64,000 nt of DNA from Ruditapes philippinarum. Lineage: Eukaryota. A program made the translations under genes and the position numbers. Positions 1-15,000 of this stretch are shown here, one piece after another (positions within the stretch are counted from its first letter, which is position 1; each line of letters opens with the position of its first letter). The notes under the pieces are model-generated. The model was not told where the DNA came from, made no database searches, and saw only the letters and a program-made list of their open reading frames with translations. The stretch is taken from the NCBI RefSeq assembly GCF_026571515.1, contig NW_026863766.1, positions 62,001 through 126,000 on the forward strand. Direction: 5' to 3'.

Positions 1-3000
1 TGATAAACCGGTGTACTAGATTTATTAACGTCATCAACACGAGATGTCAACGATGACGATCTTCGTTTGCTCCACTGTCTGCGTATCGAACTTGAAGTTT
101 CACTTGTCACTAGATTTAAAAGGTCGTTTTCTGTGCATGATTTTGCCAAGATTAAAGATTCTCCAACGTTGTTCGATTCGCTTTTTTCATCTTTATCTGA
201 GCTATGACTTTGATAACAATTACGTGGTTGCAATGCTTTACTTGACTTTGCGTAAATCGGCATTTCGGATGTCGATCTGTGATTCAATTGGGAAACAACT
301 GCGCGTGGTTCACTAGCTGATCTATACTTTCCCCCAAAACCATATTTTACCACTGGTCTGTGTCGTCTTTCCGAAGTACAGTTCAAATCACTCTTTGAAG
401 CTTTCTCAAATTTTTCGATTGCAGAAGTGACAATTGAAGATTTGTCGGCTGTTTCAAAATCAGTCCTTAAGAAATTATTCAGTTTTCTTTTCTCCGTTTC
501 ATAAGTATATACTAATTTACTTTTATAAACCCCAGAATTTTCACAATTTTGTGCAGGAATGTGACCACCACGTTTGTCTTTACCTTTAAATTTAGGGCTG
601 ACCCCAGAATTTCTAACCGAAGATGGTGAGTTCTGATCTGTTTTGCATGGAAATCGGTTTCGAGAATAATCGTCAGTAGAAGCATTATGTTTACTTTTTG
701 TTTCAGTTAAATCTTTTTCATTAGACACAAGCTCCTTATCGTTCCTATATTTACTTTTAAGCGTGTTCATTATTTCTCGCCGTGCAGATCTTATGGTTTC
801 TCTAAATTTGATTTCATCTACGTCAATATAATCGTCTTCATACGCCATTGGTCTTCTCGCAAGCGATATGATTTCACTGTTTAAGACTCGATTTCCGTCT
901 TGTGTAAGATCTGCCGTCTCCGACAAGCGTGCATTGGAAAGCATATCCTGTGCTGTATTCAGAAGTTCAATTGTATTGCAGGCCGAGGAAATAGAAAACG
1001 AGTCAGTAGTATCACAATCGATTACTCCATCAACTTTGTCGATACCATGCTCCTTTGTTTGTGGATTGGTATTAAATTGCTCTGGCGAATTTCTATAACT
1101 TTTGTCTTCATTCTTTACTTTCGGTGTAGCTGGAAGATAACGTTTCGGTACTGTCCGCGAAGACATTGACGTTTCTTGTGCATGCTTTGCATTTAAGTGG
1201 CAAACATTTCCGTCATTATGGATTTGCATTTGAACTAGATTATTGTCCATATTATTGTTATCTATAAGTCCAAGCTCAATTGATGGTGACATTCTTTTAA
1301 TGTACTCTTTAATAGGAGCGCCTAAACTTTCAATCTCTTTTTTTACTGGTTTTTCATAATCATCGTAAATCACTGGCGAAATTGACCTACGGTGCGGACT
1401 CAAACGACTTTTTGATGGATTTTTGTCAATGTAACCGCATCTTCTGAACACATCTGAACTTGTTGGCTTATTAAGTACTTCGTAGTCAGGACTACCGGAC
1501 TTTTGTTTTCCGTACTTTTTATGAGATCTTGATTTTCTATTTTCATTCCCGGCAGATTTTGGTCTTTTTGTACTCACTTTAAGTTTTGTATCACTAAATC
1601 CATAATCCTCTTCACTATCACTTGAAAATAACAGAACACTGTTAAGTCTTGTGCTTGAAGTATCTATATCATGACTATTTACCTTCTCGGTTGCGATTTT
1701 CTCCGTTGGTAGTTCGCATGTATTTCTTCTTGGAGTAATGTATGCTGAGTTTCTCGCTTGAAATACATCTATTTCGGTATAGATATGACTCGTAGGTGTG
1801 TTAACACGACTGCTTCCCTGTGAATCTGAATCAGATTTCTCCAAGGGATCAAAGTCGTTTGGATCATCTCTTGCCTCTTGTCGGCTTATCTTTGGCGGTA
1901 TCTGCATCAATTGTTGACAAAGGAGTGTAATTTGATCTGCAACAAATGTGGAAATCCCGAAATCGGTATCAGATGACGTGCACTCTTGTAAAGTTTTATT
2001 TGCATCTTTTATACGACGTTTTGCTTTTTTAGAGTCTGCATTTTTACAATACCTCTCTGAAGCTTTGCATTTTGATTCCGACTTTGACAGGCTGAAATAG
2101 AACATATTTATTATCACAGAATATATTATTACGTTAAAAAGACATAAACTGTCTACCTCATCTCTTTGCAATGTGGGAAAACGCCGAGAAAGTTAATTAT
2201 GTCTAGTTTAGGATAACTCTTTGTTATATTGTGTGTCTAGAAAGTAAGGTTATTCAGTTATTTTCATTGTACGAAATAATATAAAGTCAGTTTATCCTGT
2301 GATTAAGATGTCTTAAAAACATGACTGAAATTCAGTTGAAACTACTTTTGAAATGAAATGTTGACCTAGTTAAAATGGGAAACAATTATATTTCAAGTGG
2401 ATACTGTGGTACATGTATAAGAAATTGTGTCAGACACATAAGGATCCATGAAATATATTTGCGAAATGTAAAAGTCTTATTGGACAGTCGATAAAGTAAG
2501 ATGAATGTTTCCTCCTGGGAATGCTCTGTCTGTTACATTCTTCTTTAAATTTTTTCTAATTTCTAACATATTTATTCCATTTACAGAAATTTCTCTCTGC
2601 TATATCTAAACATGACAAATTTGCTACAAGTAATTAACGCATTATAGCTCTTTTCGCAGGATGTACAATATCTTGTTCAGCAAATCTCTATTGACAGCGA
2701 CAAATGAATATCACGCAGGTAATAAAACTAAATAATTAGATTGAAAGCAAAATACTTCTTGTTGAAAGCGGTAATAATAAACAAAAACAATTGGTATCCA
2801 AGACAACTCTTCCAATTTTAAGGTGCAAATTTGCACCAAATGCTAGGAGGTTTTTATATTGCGGTAAAAGATTAGTGTGTTACAAACTGATACAATATAC
2901 ACAATTTAATGGCTCATATCTAATGAGAGTGCATTAATCATTTTTGCTGAGAATGAAGGAAACTTTTATACATTTCAAACATTTACAACAAATAATTACT

Positions 3001-4122
3001 AAAGTTTTACATATCTATATAATACACGATACATACTTAAAGGTAAACAGTTAACCTGAGGTTTAAACATTTTTCTTCCATTAACATACATTTATATCCC
3101 TGTGGTAAACTGCTAACTGCAAACGAATGCTATGTAGGTAATAAAAAAGTAAATAATAAGATTGATTTGTGGAAGTTGTATCATGCAGTCTGCCCAGCCC
3201 TTTAAAGGCTGCTATTAGCCCAAATTTTGTATTTTGTTTTTGAAATACCATAAACTTCGGATAGTCTGATCCAAATTAAAAGCTGAGCAAGTCCATTCAA
3301 TAGATAAAGTATTAAGACCGCCACATTCTGCTGATCTGGCGCACTTGAACACTTCTCGTTGAATGCATTCATTTAACTAAATTGTGAATAAGTATTTGAT
3401 TTATCTATATTTAGTGATTATTAAGAGACGACGTGTAAAATATTGCAAACAACAAAATATACTTTTTTATTACAGGAAATTTTTCTAAGTATCAAAAATC
3501 AATAAATAGTTTACCTACTCTTGGGTTTCTTGAACTAACTGCACATTCCATGTTTTAAAAGTAAGTAATAAACATATGATAAATAATAAATCATTTTATG
3601 ACTAAGTATCACGTCACATCTCGTCTTTATTTGAATATTAGATATTTTTTTATACAATTTTATAGCTCACATTTTATAATAAGAGAACGTTGTTTCTTAA
3701 TACGGTTGTTAAGGTTTAAATATTAGTTATCATTCCGATAGCAAATAACCTAAAGAAATCAGACCTAGGAATTGATATATATTGATACAATTGTAAAAGT
3801 GGAAGTCATTGTTAAAGAATTGCATTTGCCAGTATATATCTTACCTTTTTAATGAATCTTGTAATCTTTTTATACCGGGAATTGTTTTACGTCTTCTTTT
3901 TTCATACTCTGTTTTAAGATTTCTTATGGTCGTGTCAATGGCTGACCGTATTTGATCTTCCACATCGGTTAATGTATTTGATAAATCAGACAGTCTTGTG
4001 TGCTCAGTTAACAAAGTGGCATTAACTGTGTCTTTAACTATCAAAAGCGTGTTCAGGAAGTCCCCGGGTGTTGGCGAAGGGGTCCCGGCTGGTCTGCCAC
4101 TACTCTTCGGTATAAATGGCAT
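1..4122 (-). CDS. Partial gene (3' end outside window): predicted helical/coiled-coil N-terminus followed by a long S/K/R/D/E-rich, probably disordered region; product unidentified
   Basis: Exon 4122-3845 (ttttatag|ATGCCA ... AAAAG|gtaa, phase 2) joins exon 2091-1 (ctatttcag|C CTG TCA AAG). Manual translation of 2091-1 shows no stop over ~697 codons (SLSKSESKCKASERYCKNADSKKAKRRIKD...). Confidence 0.8.
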
Positions 4123-6559
4123 CTATAAAACAAAAAATAAACAAAATCTCAACATCAACTATCAATTTTAGTTTTATTTATTCATTTTTTTGGAATGAAA
4201 ATTAAATATATATCATGAAAGATACTTTACACTAAATCACTTCGTGTTATAGCAATCAATTAATCAACTGAAATTAGAATAATAGAGTTTATTTACATTT
4301 TTTAAAATATTATGAGTGTGAAGTTGATGTACATGTTATAGTCTATGATATGATTTTATAATTTGACTGGTTGTTATTTTATATTAATTAATAAAGAACG
4401 ACATAAATCAAAACTTACATTTAATGATTAATATCCCTCTAAAGTATTTAAAAAAACAAACACATTTTTGAATTTAAAAAGTGTCGATTTAAATTACGTT
4501 AAATTTCACGCCATTTTAACACTTAGATTTTAATGTTTGGTTTATATACTACACTCGGTTTTAAACAATGCGAACTTTAATACAGATCAGTTATTTAAAT
4601 GGATCGCTATGAAATATGATATATTGTATAAGCATTATCGTTCATGGTAAAGACAAAGTTTGATATTGATATCATCTCAACAAAAGAACATTGCCACAGT
4701 TCAATGAAAGCGACAATAATAGATTTAGCGTAATTTGATATGAGAAAAATAAAATAAAGAAACAAAGAAAATCTTCTTTACAAATTATAAAATTTTCTTT
4801 CCAATGTCACATACACTCAGTTTATTGTAGTCGTTACTACAACTTGTAAATGATTAAAAAGACAGTACCGATTAATAGGAAATAAACCGTTGTTTAAAGA
4901 GATACTATGTTAATCTTTGGGCAAAATACTTTTACTGCATTCCCTATCACTTTTTACAAATCAATATGGTATATTCTTATAAAAGCTGCCAGTTTTTTGC
5001 GTTTTTTTACTGACACTATTTTATCATACTATGATTACTTGTTGTGTGTAGAAATAAAAAAACAATATTTTTCTCTGTGTGAATACAAAATATGTTTATT
5101 TTACATTCCAAAGAGACTTTTAGTAATTATCAGGTTTTTTTTGTAAATATCAAATTTGAGCATAATATATTTTTGATATCAGTCTTCTGTCTTTCGTATC
5201 CATAATCAGTTTGCATTTAATATACATGTTTTTGCGACGTTTTAAATAATAATTGTTTTTTTCGTTCTTTTACAAAGACAAAAACAACAATTTATAATAG
5301 CTTTTAATGTTTAAGACTATTTTGGTTACATAAGTAAGTATATGCGGAGTGTGAGGCAATATATGTACGCCATCGCTTGGAACACTGCGTTGGTTCATTT
5401 CTGACGGTATATACGCATCTAGTTTCGTTGTTAAAGTTGTCTTCTACACAAGAGTAACGACCCGATATGTTTGATAAAAAGGTTCGGTCATGCTATGAAC
5501 GACTATTTTATGCTCTTCTCGTCGTCAGAAATAAAACCGTTCTTAAATACTTTATTTTTGTTTTATATACCAGAGTAAAATGCCAGCTTATGATAGATTC
5601 TATAATTTGAAATATGATTATACCTTTAAATATTTCGAGGGGGTCTTAAAGTAAACCTAAATTGTTTTTCAGGGCAGCATAAACAATTTATAACGATCGG
5701 ATAAATTTAACACATTAAAAAATTAATGAGAATATATAGATATTTTCATCAAACTTTTCCCTTTCATTTTCTTTCTGGAAAACTATAGTATATACATGTT
5801 CATGTATATATGCCTAAAAATTATGTTTAACAAATTTGCTTATAATGCATAAATTTAGAATTACCGTGTGAATGTTTATCTATCAATATCAAGTTTCTTC
5901 AGCCGCATTTATATTTTAAACGTTAAACGATATATAAGCAAATGAAAATGTACTAATCACCGATACGACAGGTGTTTATGTGAAATATACTGCCGATTCC
6001 TGTATCATGAAGCGAGGATGTATTATATTATCTTCTTGCGTATGTCTCTGTACCCAGAAACACCGTTCATTGTTAATTTGCTAATATGACATTGCTACTG
6101 GTTAGACCGGCAAACAAACTTTAATGTCAATAGATTAATGCCTGACATCCTTTCTCCTAAACTTTCCTTTAATGAAATTACAACCCATTAACGTTGCAAA
6201 TTGTCAATAGATACGTACGTTATATGATTATATGTTACTATCGACCTATAGCAGTATTGTAGCTTTTAACATCCGAACATTAATGCTGTTATCATGATCG
6301 CGTTTTTTTTATATATATTATTTTTTATGGAATACATCTTAAATATCCAAAAACAGGACAAAGTCGGTTTATGCTTCCCGAAAATTCTCCGTCACTGTTT
6401 CGACGTGCAAAACGAGCAAGCAAAATCTTACATTGGTCAATCTACAAATTTCCTTAAAGCCTTTTAATATTGCCTTTTACGCATTTACGTGCACTGTTAA
6501 AAGCTGTTTAAGCAAACAATTTTTAAAGCTTGAAACGTCAGATTTTTTAATCAAACAAA

Positions 6560-7030
6560 CCTTTCACTTTCATAAGACCGAAAATTAATATGACAATATA
6601 CGACAAGTGGCAAAAGCATCATTAATCGTTCATTCTTACACGACCCGCATTTTTTCCCTATTGAACATATTGTGTGTTATTATCATGCAATAAAATCACA
6701 GTTTGACGTTCTATATAATGGCATGTGACGTTTTAGTTATACGTGACGTAACCATTAAAATCTTGACTTGCTGAAAATAAGTACGGAAACACATCAGGAG
6801 CATCTAAGCTTAATATCAGGTATGGCAGCATTTATTTGTTGATGTCGTGTTAGAATCGAAATAATATATCCAAATCGGTGATGATTTAATCATTTGATAA
6901 AATTATTGTTTGTGGTTCGGATGCACATTATTATATCACTCGGGCTACGCCCTTGTGATATAATTCCCCGCATTCGAACTCCAACAGTGATTTTACTGAG
7001 AGATAAAATCACTGTTTCGGATGTACGATG
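6560..7030. repeat. Probable non-autonomous DNA-element relic with a central palindrome
   Basis: Palindromic core tatatcactcgggctacgcccttgtgatata at ~6932-6962 with imperfect inverted flanks; boundaries approximate. Confidence 0.35.
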
Positions 7031-7500
7031 ATACACTGAGCCGATGGCTCACAACATTTATTGTCTTTTGTAAAAAAAGGCCATTAAAGACCTGTTTGTT
7101 TCATACATTCGAAAAATCAGATGCAGATGTGAATTACCATGGTAACATGTTATGATAGTTATAAATACCTTTAAATTGTATGTAAGTTTTAATTATATAT
7201 TCTTGATATAAGAATGGTAAAAGCATAACACATATGTAGCATATAAACTACTGTGTTTTCTTTTACTATGTAAACAAAAAGCTAGAAAAAAATGCTTTAA
7301 CTTTCTCGAATGAAAATATAATAAATTTATTGAACGATTTATTGGCATATCCGCAAGCTTGATATAAAAACTGCATATATTGAAATATAGATAAAATATA
7401 TCATAACTACATTATGTTCTTACAATTGTATGTCATTTGTTAAAAATCAATATTAATATAATTATGCATTATCAACTAAGTCTTTCTTAAAAACAAGATT

Positions 7501-7653
7501 ATATGAGCCGCGTCTCGACCAAACCAACATAATGGGTTCGCTATCAGTTGTTATAGGGTTTGTAAACGAGCAGCATGGATTCTGATCAGACTGCGCGGAT
7601 CCATGCCGGTCGCAAACCCATTATGGTGGTTTTTGTCGTGACGCGGCTCATAT
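7501..7653. mobile_element. MITE with ~40 bp imperfect terminal inverted repeats
   Basis: atatgagccgcgtctcgaccaaaccaacataatgggttcgc at the left end is the imperfect reverse complement of gcaaacccattatggtggtttttgtcgtgacgcggctcatat at the right end. Confidence 0.75.
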
Positions 7654-10103
7654 CGTAGTGATCACAACAAGATCAACAACAACGGTTGGCATTCAAAAAA
7701 CACCACAGCAACACAGGATATACCATAAGTAGTCATTATCAATGTATTTTGAATTGCTAAAAACCGAGCTGAGTTGTCACCATCAATTTTAATTCTAGAA
7801 ATACCAGATACTGAAAAAATAAATAAAAGAAAAAAAAACACAACACAACAATATAATTCGGATAAGATTGCTGCAATATCCCCATGAAGTCGATAAAGTT
7901 GTATCAAATTGTTAGAGAGACAAATCCAAATATTCAAATGTTTTATGTGTGCATATTTTAACAGTAAAATGTGCAAAGCAGAACTATTAAAGTAATTTTG
8001 TTCTCGCGTTGTTTTGATAAAGTACAATTAAGTCGCAACATTCCAACAGGATATAATTCATCACGTGCTCGAGAAATTCGTCATTCTGTGTTTTATGAAC
8101 GCAATAAACGAAGTTGATAGTTAAACAGGAATATGGCAACTGGTCTATCACATTGCAAGATTGAGACTTAATTAGGTAGACAGGAATCGATATAATCTCA
8201 CTAGAAACAAAAAAAAAAAAACAACAAATATTTTGTTAATTAAAATTAAATTGGAAATGGAAACAGTTAAATATTAAATAAAGATGATAAAACGTGCTAT
8301 TTTAAATCAGATCTTTAGAATAATATGAACTTCTGTCTCGGGGATGTTGTTCTGTAAATTTACATTTTTCTGGTCATTCTGGATTATTTATACCAATACT
8401 TTGTTGTGTTGAGAAACGAATATCTCTAACGTCGATCCGAAATACCGTGAGCACTTTTCAGTTCCTTTCATTAACAGATACAAAATTAAATCGGGTTTGA
8501 AATTTATACCTTTCAATATTTGTTTTATTTCTCTTGATAAATCATCTCCCCTTTATATATTTTTACAATACAATTTATTTTTTTATTTTGATGTGCATTC
8601 TATGGTAGCATAGTGACTTAGATGTGTTTAAGAATCAATTTTAATTACATTTATTAAATGTGAAATATTTATGACGATAGAGAAATTAAAACTTTTACAG
8701 GCTATCGTAAAAATATTGATTGGATTTCACCATTGTTACGTGTAAACCTCTAACATGTTAGGTAATAGTATAATCATATAAGGACCGACAATCGACCGAC
8801 AAATAATAAACTGACCAAACATGCAGACGAATGAGTAGGTCATTATTTGAGCCTGACTGTGAATTCCCTGTAATTCTTAGAGGACTGACTTGGAATTTGT
8901 TTTCTCTTATCCTTATATCATATAGCACTACAAATTGAAGTTCTTTATAAATCATGCATTTTGTCCGGTATGTTTTTGAAGAGAGAATACTTGTTGTTGT
9001 TTTAATTCTTTATCACCAATACCTGCACGTTTACTATTTATTAAGTTATTATGTGATTAAAACACATGCAAAGCTCTATTTGCCGATACAAAATTGAATT
9101 ATGAAGCGACTGATATAAATAGAAATAAAATAATTAACATAGGCCATGATCAAGTGGTATCAAAACATAAATAAATCCAACAGTAAGATAGATAAATGAA
9201 TCAAACTCATAATTGCCACTTCCGTGTCTCCTCTATGACAATATTTACTACCCAGTAGATGCAATATTAACAGTGCAGTCGATACTAGATTTCCTCGTAA
9301 ATGCAATAAGACCAACATTAAATCAATTATTATCTCCCTTATGAAATCATTGTAAATCATTGTAAATGTATCATAAGTTATCACAAATCACAGAGGTAAT
9401 AGAGACATTTATTTATAAGAGTTAGTAGTCTTGAAAATGATATACATTGTTTATATATTACCAATGAGTAATGCTATCATAAAATATAAAGAATAATGTC
9501 AATAACGTCATTGCAATATAACATAACAGTAATTTCCTTTGTATCTTTACACTTGATCTGCTAAATTTGTGAAGTGGATTTGAATTTTATTGAATTTAGA
9601 ACAATCAGTTTAAAGTTAAGGGGATTTAAGGTATCAAAATATAACAACTAAGCGACAAGTATAAAGCCTCGTCAGACTACAGAGATGTGCAAGCTGTCAT
9701 ATCTCTAAACTTGTGATACAGGATTACGGATAACCTCTCTCGCCTTATTGACCTGTTTATAAAAAAATGTAAACCATTAAGTATATTATCAAATATTGAC
9801 ACATGGCACAATTCTCGCAAGTAAATGTAAACAATATGCAAATTGTTGTTACAAGATTTTCAGATAAATGACTTTATAATTTCCTTAATTATTCTAATAA
9901 GTTTTGAAATTGTCATTAAGAAATAATTAGAAAATACTCAGCGCTTTGAGTTAAATCTTTAAAGATAAAACAAACATTAACAAACAATCAGAAAATGTAA
10001 ATTATTTTCTAATGTTATGTCTATCATACGATATCTTTATCATTTTGGTCTTGAAAATTCTCATTTTTTTGGTATACATTTAGTAAAATTATGTCCAGGC
10101 CTG

Positions 10104-10308
10104 GTCGTGGGGTTAGAGTCGATGACTTCTAATCCAGTTACCACTCTGGCGTGGGTTAGATCCCCGGGAGATGCTTTGGTAGTTTAGCGCGGAGGTTGGT
10201 AGTCTAGTACTGGTGTAACTCTCCAGGAACGATGGTTAGGAAACTACCCGCCTATATGACAGAAATACTGTTGAAAAAGGCGTAAAATGAAACAAACAAA
10301 CAAAATAA
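10104..10308 (+). mobile_element. tRNA-derived SINE with (AAAC)n tail and 13 bp TSD
   Basis: Direct repeat atgtccaggcctg at 10091-10103 and 10309-10321; degenerate A/B boxes (tggtcgtggggttagag ... ggttagatcc); tail aaacaaacaaacaaa. Confidence 0.8.
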
Positions 10309-10654
10309 ATGTCCAGGCCTGTGCAGGTATTATATAAGCTGCAATTAAAAGTGCATATTTGTTTGTCTTTCTAGCGGAGAAATACAAGCATATTTAACAA
10401 AACATCAGAGTCACTGGGGAATTCTAAACCCGTACAATTAATTATCAACGTACAAAATAAATTGTATCGATGTCTTTCTCGGCGCGAATAGTTGACAGTC
10501 TAGAAGAGACATGTGCATAATATGTTAATCTGAAAATAACAAAACAAACTAATGTTCTGACAATCTACGTTTTTTTTAAAGGTCATACTTTATAACTATT
10601 ACAATATAAAAGCTTATGTGTATACACTGTAAAAAAAGTAGAAGGAATAAAATG

Positions 10655-10890
10655 GTATCCTTGAGTCGTCGACTTCAAATTACTTGCTCTTAAACGCTGT
10701 AGGTTCGAATCACGCCAGAGACTTTTGAATAATTTGGGCTTTCCAACTAGTTAACAAATGAAGAAGGTACTACGCGAGTGTCCACCAGAGCTGACAAAAT
10801 AGAACATGCGAGGTCTTCTTCCACTAATAAAGCTCGAAAGTCTCCACGAGACCATTAGAGTGTCAATATGACTAAACAATCCAACAACAC
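10655..10890 (+). mobile_element. Degenerate tRNA-derived SINE
   Basis: B box ggttcgaatc at ~10702; body resembles the SINEs at 15578 and 21745. Confidence 0.55.
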
Positions 10891-12074
10891 AAATGAACAT
10901 ATAGGAATAAAAGCATTTATATACTTAATGTGACAAGCAGTGAGAAATTTATTAAATTTATTATAATTGAGAAATTGAACAACTCTTTTAAATTAGTCAA
11001 AAGTTCCTTTTAGAAATTCACAGGCGCTTTGAACTTTGTATAATTTTATCTATAAATCTTTTACAATATTGTATATTCCTCGAATTCCTTCGAAATATCT
11101 TATCTTACTAAGAATGGTGATATTGACGTGTACAATAGTTAAAATATTCAACAATGTTTTCGAAATCGCCGATATAAAAGAACCAGTAAAGTGGAATATG
11201 AGCTATATAAATTTGTTGAAAAAAGGTCGATTAATTGTGGATAAATTGTATATATTTAAATATAGAAAACAATCCAGGAAACGCTTAATATTATAATTAA
11301 TACATGATGTTGTTTATGCTAATCAGACGACATGAATCCTCGATTTCGGGAAGAACGAAGAATGAATATTGTTTCATAGAACTAAATGCTATTTATTGGG
11401 GGCGGGAATAAAAACCCTGAATGTGTTGTTATAATGCCGCCCCCGATGAACTCTAGCATTCCCTATGTTGAAGATCTGTAAACTAAATTGATAGCCTTTT
11501 GTATGAAATCCCGGCAGAACAAACTTGATTTGATAATCATTAATTGCTTTTTATTATTACCAGTACGCATGCTTATCTCTGAGTATCAGGCTCTTTCTGT
11601 ACTTGTTAATGTTTCCTCTATATTAATTCTAAAGTACAAAAATATTCAATTTGTTTCATTGCCTTAAGTAATCTTAGGTACTTGATTAATACTTGTTACT
11701 TTAAATAAGGACACAAGTTTCTTATTTGTAGTTCGGAACAAACAACTATTGCTAGCTACGTTCTTTGGAATTATTTCTTTATTTATCCTTTTGAAATCAG
11801 TTGTCTGGTTCAAATTTATTATATATATCTAGCAGTACAGGTTACAAAAGATGCAAGTAAAATAGCTGAAAAAAGTATTAGAATGTTGAAAATACGAAGT
11901 AAACAAATAAAAAAATGATTAGTTGAATAAGAAACAAGCAATATATTAATGATAAAGTGTTACATACTATTGTTTATAATTACAATTTATTGTACAAAAT
12001 GTACATGTTTTTGTAAATTAAGATATACAAACAATTATCTTTTACTCAAAATCGCCCTTTTTCTTTTATTTCAG

Positions 12075-15000
12075 TTCCTACAGACGAGCTTACTGGAATA
12101 ATCATTGGGGTAGTGACACTCGGGATCTGTTCCTTTGTAATAGTATTCATATGTTTTAGATACCCATCCATACGGTCGAGGACTTTCTGGGACAGAGGGC
12201 TGAAACGGCTTATACGGCGTTTATATTGTAAGTTTTCTTTTAACATTATTTTACCACTTTTTCTGGTCCTTGGGGGATTACTAAGCCCAGCACGTTAGTG
12301 TTAAAGATTATTGAATACCACTTGAGCTAGGGAATGGTGAGAGAATGATTGTGCACTCACGAGTCTTTAATTTTTATATACTATTGATATTTACCTTGCT
12401 TCTGATGGATCACTTTTCTCTAAAGTTTAATTTTAACTGGACATTAAGGAAATATTTAAATACTTTTGAATAAATAAATATATACATCTTTTTATGGTTT
12501 ATGACTCTTTCTAGAATTATATCAGAAAGCAAAATTCTGTTCATAACACAAAAAACTTTTTGAACAAAACGGTTCCTTTTTCAACATTTTTAAAAATTTT
12601 TTTTATGTGTAAAATTGTTTTAACAGTTGCTGTTTGATTGCTGATATTTTTCCGGGGAAATTTAAATTTTTTTTGTAATTATCCGATATAAATAAAAATC
12701 AAATACGGGTTTTGGGGGCTGATAAAAAAAAAACAAAAATCTTTTGTAAAATCATTTTGGTTGATTAACGTTGATGTTTTAAAAAATATTGCTAAAAATT
12801 TTGTTCGCTTTTTTTTTGTAACACGAGAATATCTTGTTGAAGTTGTATAACATGAGTATATATTTGAATACATATTGTGTCTGTACAATTTAGCAACGAA
12901 AAGTGCAAAACATGCAAATATTATTCATTCTAAACGGCTAAAAGTGGCGTTGTATACATTTTTCCTTAAGTCTAGTTCAACCAGCTTAAGATAGAACAAT
13001 AAGTCATTAAACTCGTAGAGATCAATGACTTCTTTAGACGAGGTATAATCATTTTTCTGTTTATTATAAAATGTTTTTATTTTTATGTTCTTGGTTTGAG
13101 TATTACTACTTATACCGTTTCATATTAGTAAGAAAACCCAATAGTTGTGATACTTTATTGAATGAATGACATTGTTCAATGTGTCTGGAACGAGAAAATT
13201 GATAGTTTTGCTTTAGTTTAATGTCGCATTTGTAATAAACTTGATGTTTTCTGTTTAATCTCTATATATAAAAATATAATATTAGTTTGAGTTCCACAAT
13301 CTTTAAGCTCGAAATGAAAAAAGTATATCACCACCAACGAATTAAATCTTATATACATGTATTTATGAGAGTGGATTCACTGTTAAATATTTTGTATATA
13401 GCCAATTACTATATCACGACGGATATTTTCACTTTTATCATCTGTACTATGTCATTTTCTAGCAATGTCCATTCTGTAGGCGAAATGAAGCGAAAGGTGA
13501 ACTGAATACATGGTTAAGCGTACACACCACATCTGTATGATTTGCTATACAGTAAAATTTAAACTCTTGACCGAGAGGTTAAATTCGTCATACGCAGCTC
13601 AAGACTTGTATGGCTGCTACACCGTATACATCTTAAAAAGAATACGTATTAGCTTATCATTGCTGCATATCGCTGTATACAGCTTTATTTGTAAGATCAC
13701 AAAGATGAAAATCGTCATCACGTTTTCGTTCAGACAAAGACGAAGATTACGGCGAAGACGACTACGTATACGCAGACGACTTCAACGATAAATATGACAG
13801 TGAAGTTTACGAATCCAAGTTCAGCTTTTACCACAACGATGTCGGTTTTGATTACGATAACGACTTCACCAATTCTACGAGTTCAAATACGACTTAGATG
13901 ATGACCCACACTTTTTCATCTTCTTCGACCACGAGATCGTCAGTTTAAACTTTTACATAGAGGACTACAGTTTTATAATGTTTATTTTTATGACTTGTTT
14001 GACTACAAGTTCGGCTACAAACTCCAAATAATGACTGGTTCGACCACAATTCGACTTATATGACTTATGACAACGAGGACAGCTACGACGACAACAAAAC
14101 GTACGAATTCTACGACTACGAGTCGGGTAAGGCTGCGATAACGACCACAACTTCGCCTTCAAATACTTCTTCGTTGTTAACTTTGCCACATATTCGACTA
14201 GTGCAACGTTTATCTTCGCTATATCTATCACCTCAAAATCCTTGCAGACATCTTTTGGGGTCACGAATTTGAACAGGACTGCTTTTATTTTGACTACTTT
14301 TTCGACTATATGTCGTTTTCCACAACCAAAACGACCTCGACCGCGAGTACTTAACATATTTACGATACCTTATACAGCTACAACTAACAGTTTATAAAAC
14401 TTCAATTTATACCAGTATGATTACGAGCACAGTAGCACTTTCGACTTCACGGCTACGAACACTACGACATTAACGACCGCGACGATTGAGATAACGACCG
14501 TGACAATGACTCAATGTATTCATGGTATTAGAAAAACAAGAACGTGTACAATTACTACAAATTGCACGATTACAAATACGACTACAATTTCTATAAATAC
14601 AGACACGACAAAGTCTACGAACACGACTACTGCGACAACTACGGCGTCGACTACAATTTCGGCAGCAAAGACTTCAACGACACTGACGGCTACGTTTTCA
14701 AATAAACTGAGACGATGACTACCATTACTTCAACTTCTACGACTACATGAATAGTATTACCCGGCAAAAACTATAACTGACTTCTATTGATACTTGAACT
14801 ACGACTACAATGACAACTCCTACGTTGAAGCACAAAAAAGTAATAAAGTCATTTTCTAATCACAATTAAACGTCTTAAGCAAGACAAAGAGTTCTTACGT
14901 TATTGGTCGAACTACTGTTATGGTCAAAATGAATTTGACATATATTTAATCAATTTTCGTGAAACGCTTATATTGCCATTTTTCTGGTGATGATCAGTTA

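Noticed and set aside
11883-11898. Candidate synaptotagmin start exon ATGTTGAAAATACGAA|gtaaac
   Set aside because: Phase-compatible, but the donor is weak and nothing else supports it.
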